Source: Bacteriovoracaceae bacterium
GTDB lineage: Bacteria; Bdellovibrionota; Bacteriovoracia; Bacteriovoracales; Bacteriovoracaceae
Assembly (NCBI GenBank): GCA_049599895.1
Contig: JBMYPC010000087.1
Span: forward strand, 1-13,259
Reading direction: 5' to 3'
DNA: 13,259 nucleotides
This document shows positions 1 through 5,790 of this stretch, piece by piece. Position numbers and translations under genes: made by a program. Under the pieces are notes generated by a model that saw nothing but the letters and a program-made list of their open reading frames with translations, did no database searches and had not been told where the DNA came from. Within the stretch, counting starts at the first letter, position 1, and every line of letters begins with the position of its first letter.

Positions 1-1075
1 TTAGAAATCGATACTTTTGTCTATATAAGTAGCGCTTCAAGTTAAAGTTTAGCAATTCGCAATTTTGGGGAATCTTGTCGGGAAAAAGATTTAGACCAAT
101 ATAATGGAAAGAATGTGATTGAGTTGTTAGTGGTTCACTGAAACTTGCATTATAGATGATAGATTGAAAGAGTGTTTGACTACAAACGCGAGAGCGTCTT
201 TTTATTTCTGGGTACAGCTTTAGAACATTGTTAAGTTTTATTAGGTCATTTTCCTTTAGTTTTTTTGGAAAAACAAAAAAAACTTTGTAAAAATCTTTTA
301 CTCCAATGGCCATGATGGCCGTATCAATTAAAATAATAGAAAATGAATCTAGTAGAGGATTAAAAATTTCAATATTAATTTCTTTAAAAGTTTTTTGATC
401 ATAATGATCTATTTTGATATTTTGTTTGGAGGTTTGGGGAGGGAGGAGCACTTGATTTAATAGTTTGTTTGATTGATTAATAATCTCAATCTTTGATAAA
501 TTAAAAAACTCCATAATATTAACTTTAAAATACTGATTTAGATGAGTCTCTAGTTTTTTTAAAAAACGCAAATCTTTAAAATGTTTGATACTTATATGGG
601 ATTTGCTAATAAAGTTTGGAATTTCGTAATCACATCTTAATTCATCGGTTGTTGCTCTTGAAATTGGCGCAATAGCTTGCTTACTAAAAAGTAGTTTCCA
701 ATTAGCTGAAGGGTGCCAATGATCAGAGAAGTTTTCGATATACTTGAATGCTGCTAAATTTGACTTTTCTAGTATCGTTAAAGAAGAGCTTGAAAAAGGA
801 AGAAATGGAAATAACTTATTTAACAATCGTAATTTCTTAAGTTTACAATGTAATTTTTTGTTTTCGATGCCTCCACTCTTGACTATCAGAAGACCTTCTA
901 AATCGCTAACACCTGGAATGATAGACTTTGGATCTCTTGTTAAATAGAGTGCGACGCATACCTGTGTTTTTTGAAGATACAAGCAGGAAAGCTTGGTAGT
1001 GATGCCATAAACGAGTGACAAGAAAAATCGTGTGGAGATATTCTTGCTAAGTAAATATCCAAACTTCTTAAGCAT
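1..1075 (-). CDS. Partial (3'-truncated by window edge) protein, >=358 aa, with N-terminal nucleotidyltransferase-like (Pol-beta superfamily) motif
   Basis: Not in the ORF track. Manual translation from ATG at 1075 (in-frame TAA just upstream at 1085-1087) gives MLKKFGYLLSKNISTRFFLSLVYGITTKLSCLYLQKTQVCVALYLTRDPKSIIPGVSDLEGLLIVK... with no stop down to base 1. PGVSDLE (896-916) followed by a hydrophobic strand resembles the G-x-S-D-x-D NTase motif. The ORF is well supported; the function is tentative. Confidence 0.8.
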   Translation of the reverse strand, partial: MLKKFGYLLSKNISTRFFLSLVYGITTKLSCLYLQKTQVCVALYLTRDPKSIIPGVSDLEGLLIVKSGGIENKKLHCKLKKLRLLNKLFPFLPFSSSSLTILEKSNLAAFKYIENFSDHWHPSANWKLLFSKQAIAPISRATTDELRCDYEIPNFISKSHISIKHFKDLRFLKKLETHLNQYFKVNIMEFFNLSKIEIINQSNKLLNQVLLPPQTSKQNIKIDHYDQKTFKEINIEIFNPLLDSFSIILIDTAIMAIGVKDFYKVFFVFPKKLKENDLIKLNNVLKLYPEIKRRSRVCSQTLFQSIIYNASFSEPLTTQSHSFHYIGLNLFPDKIPQNCELLNFNLKRYLYRQKYRFL

Positions 1076-1093
1076 AACAAGATTTTATCATAG

Positions 1094-1121
1094 ATTATAA
1101 TACGAGGCTTAAATTATAATA
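1094..1121. promoter_or_regulatory. Two copies of ATTATAATA (palindromic ATTATAAT core, TATAAT on both strands) upstream of the 1075 ORF
   Basis: ATTATAATA at 1094-1102 and 1113-1121 (19-bp period) in the 69-bp intergenic gap; the AT-rich background weakens its significance. Confidence 0.3.
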
Positions 1122-1144
1122 TATCTGTTAATCTTTATTATGGA

Positions 1145-1660
1145 TCAAAAGGCAGGAAGTTCACTGCTTAAGACTTCAGGATTGAGGGCCCTTTTTCTCT
1201 CAGAGATATAAGCATCGATATGTTTTAAGAAAAACTCTCTAAGTTCATCGTATTTTTTTATCTCTGTAAAAATTAAAAGGACATAGTTTTCCTTTATTGA
1301 CGGCTTTATCTTAAGCTCTTTATTTGCCAATTTAAGCTTAGCCTTATTGAAGTTAAGTTTTAAAAACTCCTCTATGAGCATTGCCGCAATATGATTTTCA
1401 GTGTCACCGGAGTAGATTTCAATAGCGGTGTAGTCATTTTGAATTTCAGTAAATAGTGGAGTGAAATATTTTACAAAATCTTCTAGCTTAGTAGATGCTT
1501 TGGATTCAACAAACATGGAGTTTTTATTTTTCAGCTTTAAAATGATGACATTGTTGTTTCTTATGGCCAATCTAAATGGGTCAACTTTAGTAACTTTATC
1601 TTCTGCAAGAAGTGTAAAACTTATTAAATAGATAAAAACGAAAAACGGCATATCCTCCAT
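1145..1660 (-). CDS. Hypothetical secreted protein (signal peptide), possible degenerate OmpA/MotB C-terminal-like fold
   Basis: 171-aa ORF; hydrophobic N-terminus FFVFIYLISFTLLA|ED resembles a cleavable signal peptide; the alpha/beta pattern is loosely like MotB/OmpA_C but lacks the conserved GHTD, RA and NRRV residues. Confidence 0.65.
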   Translation of the reverse strand: MEDMPFFVFIYLISFTLLAEDKVTKVDPFRLAIRNNNVIILKLKNKNSMFVESKASTKLEDFVKYFTPLFTEIQNDYTAIEIYSGDTENHIAAMLIEEFLKLNFNKAKLKLANKELKIKPSIKENYVLLIFTEIKKYDELREFFLKHIDAYISERKRALNPEVLSSELPAF

Positions 1661-1705
1661 TTTAACTATAGTAATATAAAACTTCTAGTAATATAATTGC
1701 TTACT
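1661..1705. promoter_or_regulatory. Compact divergent promoter region with an 11-bp direct repeat
   Basis: TAGTAATATAA at 1669-1679 and 1686-1696; + strand TATAAT at 1692-1697, 8 nt before ATG 1706; - strand TACTAT at 1673-1668, 7 nt before ATG 1660. Confidence 0.45.
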
Positions 1706-2422
1706 ATGAATTTAATCGTGACTTTCTCAATAACCTTGCTTTTTTCCTGTAGCCTGTCTTTAAACGTCTTTGGAAAGGAGGATAAACCTAATAAAGAGAT
1801 AAAAAAATCTCCTACAAACAAATACCTGTATTTTAACTCTGGAGCTATCGGGATAAAAGAAGATTATTTTGCTTCCGTAACGGAAACCAGTGCAATCACT
1901 TATGCGGGAGTAGGTTTTAATCATGTTTTTCATCAGAGCAAGAAGAACTTATTGTCGTATGGTTTTTCAATTACATATAGTGGGGATTCAGAAGGATTTT
2001 CAACAGGGATGTCTTATTACTCCAGGGTCTTTTGGCACAGAGTAATGGGCGGAAGGTGGGCGTCAAAGCTCGGTGCGTTTTACAGACAATTACCTCTTGT
2101 TTCAATTGGGTCTGGAGTAAAAAAATCCTCGAGTTTTGATTTATTTGGTCCTGAGTTTGGTCTAACTTATTTTGTAGTAATGAAGGGAAAATTTTTTCCG
2201 ATATCGTTAAGTGTTGCGCACGGCGTGATCAGCACGAGAGAGTATGAAGTAGGTGGTAATGTTGAAGATCTTAAAGGAGTTTCCTTAAAATTGTCGACTC
2301 AAGTAAAGCTCAGAAAAGAATGGTCAATAAATTTCGCTTTAGAAAATGTAATGCTTACAGCTGGTGATGATATCTCTGTTAAGGGAACCGTAGTTAATCT
2401 AGGTTTTGGTCATCATTTCTAG
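1706..2422 (+). CDS. Putative outer-membrane beta-barrel protein
   Basis: Track ORF 1697..2422 (TTG); ATG 1706 is the likelier start. N-terminal signal peptide, many amphipathic Gly/aromatic strands (YAGVGFNHVF, SYGFSITY, GPEFGLTYF, WSINFAL) and a C-terminal beta-signal ending in Phe (VVNLGFGHHF). Confidence 0.75.
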   Translation: MNLIVTFSITLLFSCSLSLNVFGKEDKPNKEIKKSPTNKYLYFNSGAIGIKEDYFASVTETSAITYAGVGFNHVFHQSKKNLLSYGFSITYSGDSEGFSTGMSYYSRVFWHRVMGGRWASKLGAFYRQLPLVSIGSGVKKSSSFDLFGPEFGLTYFVVMKGKFFPISLSVAHGVISTREYEVGGNVEDLKGVSLKLSTQVKLRKEWSINFALENVMLTAGDDISVKGTVVNLGFGHHF

Positions 2423-2451
2423 AGACGAAAAAAGAGTCGGTTCAATAAATC

Positions 2452-3426
2452 ATGGTCACTAGCTTTGATATATTAATTGTTGCTGGGTTTGGTAGAGAGG
2501 GCCTTCTTCTCAACTGTCTTGCAAGTATCAAATTAATTCCAAACGAAATTGTATTAAAGAATATTTTTATTCTCTTCAATGGAAGAAGTGCAAATGAAGA
2601 AATTAGATTGAGATTTCCTTCTCTTCCTATAAAGACCTTAGAGACTCACGTATTGCAGTCTCCTGGATCAACTAGAAACAAACTAATACAGGCCAGTACC
2701 TCTGAGTTTCTTCTTTTTTTAGATGACGACGTTATATTAAAAGAAGACTATTTCTTAAAAGTAAGCAACTTTCTTTCCTATGATTTAATTGGAGGTGTAG
2801 ATGGCCTTTATGATGAAAAAGATGAAAAACAAGTAATTTTAGCAAGGCTAATGAGCTCTCCTTTGATAACTGGCCCTACTTACTTAAGACATTACTACTC
2901 TGAAAATCTTATTGAAGGTCCAAATGAAACAATATTAACTCTTTGCAATCTTTGGGTAAGGAGAAGCTTAATTATTAGCAAAGGTATTCTTTTTAATGAG
3001 AACCTTCTTCGTTGTGAAGAGAATCCCTGGCTTATTGAGCTGAAAGAGTCAGGAGCAAGGTCTATATATCTTGGATCTTTACAGGTCGGGCATTATAGAA
3101 GAGTTAAATTTTGGGAACTATTAAGAACTCAGCTCAAATCAGGGTATTATCGGGGACAAACTTTAAAGAAAAATTTCTCCCGAATGCATTACTTTTTTTT
3201 ACTCCCATTAATTACTCCCCTTATATTTCTTGCAACAGTCATTTTATATCCTTGGCTTGCATTTGCGGCTATTATTCTCCATGCTCTGGTTATGACAGTT
3301 TTAATGAAGGGATGGAAAAACTGGATGTTTTTTTATTCGAGAGTTCTTTGTTTTCATCTTGGATTTTCCTTTGGTCTTCTTTGGGGTATATTGGTATTTA
3401 GTGGAACAAAAACAACTCAAGATTAA
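2452..3426 (+). CDS. Glycosyltransferase family 2 (GT-A fold) with C-terminal transmembrane helices
   Basis: 324 aa; PGSTRN...ASTSEFLLFLDDDV (DxD-type motif), CNLWVRR, FNENLLRCEE, VGHYRR motifs typical of GT2; hydrophobic C-terminal ~75 aa. Confidence 0.88.
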   Translation: MVTSFDILIVAGFGREGLLLNCLASIKLIPNEIVLKNIFILFNGRSANEEIRLRFPSLPIKTLETHVLQSPGSTRNKLIQASTSEFLLFLDDDVILKEDYFLKVSNFLSYDLIGGVDGLYDEKDEKQVILARLMSSPLITGPTYLRHYYSENLIEGPNETILTLCNLWVRRSLIISKGILFNENLLRCEENPWLIELKESGARSIYLGSLQVGHYRRVKFWELLRTQLKSGYYRGQTLKKNFSRMHYFFLLPLITPLIFLATVILYPWLAFAAIILHALVMTVLMKGWKNWMFFYSRVLCFHLGFSFGLLWGILVFSGTKTTQD

Positions 3427-4405
3427 TATTTATGGTTTTCTCGTTGAGCTTTTTTTAGATGAAAGATTAATTGAGGTATGCGAAAAATTAGAAAATGATT
3501 TTTCGTTTTTTATTGATAATGATTTTAAAATTGATAAAAAAATGAAAATTCATGCCTCAAAGGTGAGTTCCTTAGATCTCATTCCAGATGGCCTAATTGC
3601 AAGCAAACAAACAAAAAACTCAATCATTTATGACTCTGGTAACTTAAGATATCAAGATTTTTATGGACTAGCTCATGGCCTTTTAAACTACAGTGATGAA
3701 ACGCTTCTTGTTCAAAGTCTAGGTACTGAGACTCTATATGAAGTCCTATATTTAGCGATTCTTTCTAGATCGGGAAAATATCTTGATACTTTGGGTTTTC
3801 ATAAAATTCATGCTTGCGCAGTTTCAAAGAATAATAAGAATATTATCTTAATGCTTCCATCAAAGGGTGGTAAAACTAGTACATTTCTAAAACTTCTAGA
3901 AGATCCAGAGGTCTGTATAATCTCTGATGACACACCCTTGATTTCTCCCAGAGGGGAACTTCTTCCTTTTCCTTTGCGTGTTGGTGTTGAAGATAAGGAA
4001 GATCTTTACGTGTTTTCTGCAGATGATATTTATGAGTTTCAAAGGAGAAATTATTCTAAAAAATATTTACTGTCGTTAAAAAGCTTTCCTAATGAAATTA
4101 AAGTCGCTGAAAAAAATATACTTGTTATAGGAGTAAGAACAAGACTCGAGAAACCTTCTTTAAGGAAAGTTTCAGGGCTTTATATGTTTTTCAAGATGAT
4201 TGAACACATGGTTATCGGAAATGGTCTGCCAATGATTGTTGAGTATTTTTTAAGAGCTAAGCTTAAAGACAACTTTACTAATCTTAAAATTCTAGTTTCA
4301 AGAAGTTTAAGATGCACAAAGCTTATTTTGAATGCAAAAAGATACGAAATTTATCTTTCTAAGGATATTGAGAAAAACGCAAAATTAGTTAAAAGTTTAT
4401 TGTAG
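3401..4405 (+). CDS. HPr kinase/phosphorylase-related (HprK-like) P-loop kinase
   Basis: Track ORF starts at 3359; in-frame GTG 3401 (overlapping the GT2 3' end by 26 nt) is likelier. Motifs IHACAV (3806-3823), Walker-A-like LPSKGGKTS (3854-3880), IISDD (DD at 3926-3931) and LPFP match the HprK/PEPCK-like kinase core; no recognisable canonical HprK N-terminal domain. Confidence 0.75.
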   Translation: MEQKQLKINIYGFLVELFLDERLIEVCEKLENDFSFFIDNDFKIDKKMKIHASKVSSLDLIPDGLIASKQTKNSIIYDSGNLRYQDFYGLAHGLLNYSDETLLVQSLGTETLYEVLYLAILSRSGKYLDTLGFHKIHACAVSKNNKNIILMLPSKGGKTSTFLKLLEDPEVCIISDDTPLISPRGELLPFPLRVGVEDKEDLYVFSADDIYEFQRRNYSKKYLLSLKSFPNEIKVAEKNILVIGVRTRLEKPSLRKVSGLYMFFKMIEHMVIGNGLPMIVEYFLRAKLKDNFTNLKILVSRSLRCTKLILNAKRYEIYLSKDIEKNAKLVKSLL

Positions 4406-4419
4406 TTCAATGAATGCCT

Positions 4420-5790
4420 TTAGTGAGAGATTTGACTTTTGATCTTTTTAAGAGTCTTTTTTTCTTTTTGATTCAGATCTTTAAACTTCTCTAACTGTGA
4501 AATTTCCTTCACCGCCATTGGCCGTAAATTCATACTGGCGTAAATCCCTGCGAGATTCAGTCTGAAAAAATGAGCTCGAGGATTTGACTTTAGTCCTGCT
4601 TTGTAAAATTTAATTTCATGCCTGTAAGACTTTGAATAGTTAATTGATAGAGTGGAGAATGAAAAGAATATTAAGACATAAAAAAGTAACTTTAAATAAT
4701 CTTTTTGTAGCCTTTTTTCAACAAGAGAAACTAATAAAATTAATACGGGGACGAGACTTAGGTAAGCATGCTGATCACTCACTGGAGTTTGAAGCATAAA
4801 TGGAGCTTTTATTATTCCCAAAACCGGCGCAACTAAGATGAAATATGCATAAATATAGACTCTGAGATTGGGAGGAGCCGTTTTCCAGATGAAAAATAGA
4901 ATAAGCATCATGATTAAAACGAATGCTAGGTTTTTTGTAATTGGTCCTTTTGGGTAAATGGGGGCAAGTCCCAAAGGTATTATGCTTTTGAAAAAATAAA
5001 ATGTCATAGACTGCATCAGGGTTTGAGTCTTATCTTCCAGGATGTTTTTATTTCCATAAAGTCTTTGAGTTTCAATAGCGCTTGTTCTTTGCTCACTAAT
5101 TTTGAAAAACTTTCCCCTAACCTTTATTCCAATGATGAAAAGAAAACAAAAAACAAGGCACATTTTATCTTTAGAGGATTTTTTCTTTGTAAGACCAGGA
5201 CTTTTTTTTATAAACAAGAGCAAGATAGGAAGAAGGATGAAAGAATATTTAAAATTTAATGAAATCCAAAAGTTTAAAACAGCGATAAGGGCGAAGATCG
5301 TTTTATACTTAAAGTGGTCCGATTGATATAGTTTTATAACAGCAATTACTGCGATGAGGGTGAAAAATGCTGATAGTATTGTTTTACTCTGAATCATAAG
5401 AGCAACAGGATAAACATTCAGCGGGTGAATGAGGTAAAGAGAGGCAATAAGTAAGGATTTTTTTAGCCCCAGTAAATTAAAAATATATATTAATAGCAAA
5501 GAGTTAGACAGATGGAGAATTGAATTAAAAAGATGAAAAGCATACGAGGGGTTATTAAAACTAATATTAACTTTGTCCCAATAAAATTGGCTTAAAGGCC
5601 ATTCGTATTTATTAAAATACTGAAAAAAGTTAATATCTATTTGCTCGGATTTAAATATATAAAAATAATCATCCCATATGGGACCACTTTTTAATAATGT
5701 GGATGCATAATAAAAAAATATAAGTCCAGAGAGAATAAAAAAAATAGGGTCTATAAATTGATATACTTTTAATTTTTTCACTAATGACAT
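4420..5790 (-). CDS. TMTC-like / PMT-related GT-C membrane glycosyltransferase with short C-terminal TPR-like segment
   Basis: 456 aa, roughly 10-11 hydrophobic segments; WDD after TM1 (5668-5676), FHLFNSILHLSN, LYLIHPLNVYPV, FYFFKSIIPLGLAPIYP, VSDQHAYL and C-terminal NPRAHFFRLNLAGIY follow the motif order of bacterial TMTC-like proteins. Confidence 0.78.
   Translation of the reverse strand: MSLVKKLKVYQFIDPIFFILSGLIFFYYASTLLKSGPIWDDYFYIFKSEQIDINFFQYFNKYEWPLSQFYWDKVNISFNNPSYAFHLFNSILHLSNSLLLIYIFNLLGLKKSLLIASLYLIHPLNVYPVALMIQSKTILSAFFTLIAVIAVIKLYQSDHFKYKTIFALIAVLNFWISLNFKYSFILLPILLLFIKKSPGLTKKKSSKDKMCLVFCFLFIIGIKVRGKFFKISEQRTSAIETQRLYGNKNILEDKTQTLMQSMTFYFFKSIIPLGLAPIYPKGPITKNLAFVLIMMLILFFIWKTAPPNLRVYIYAYFILVAPVLGIIKAPFMLQTPVSDQHAYLSLVPVLILLVSLVEKRLQKDYLKLLFYVLIFFSFSTLSINYSKSYRHEIKFYKAGLKSNPRAHFFRLNLAGIYASMNLRPMAVKEISQLEKFKDLNQKEKKTLKKIKSQISH

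Noticed and set aside
259..566. Homopolymer A/T runs as possible frameshift or phase-variation sites
   Set aside because: Runs are only 6-8 nt, the reading frame stays open through them, and such runs are common throughout this AT-rich window.
744..947. 67-aa + strand ORF in the track
   Set aside because: Lies antisense within the much longer minus-strand ORF (<1..1075); TTG start and no recognisable motif.
3111..3401. 96-aa + strand ORF
   Set aside because: Alternative frame wholly inside the GT2 gene; no independent evidence.
5023..5326. Two short + strand ORFs (78 and 74 aa)
   Set aside because: Antisense shadows of the TMTC-like gene.
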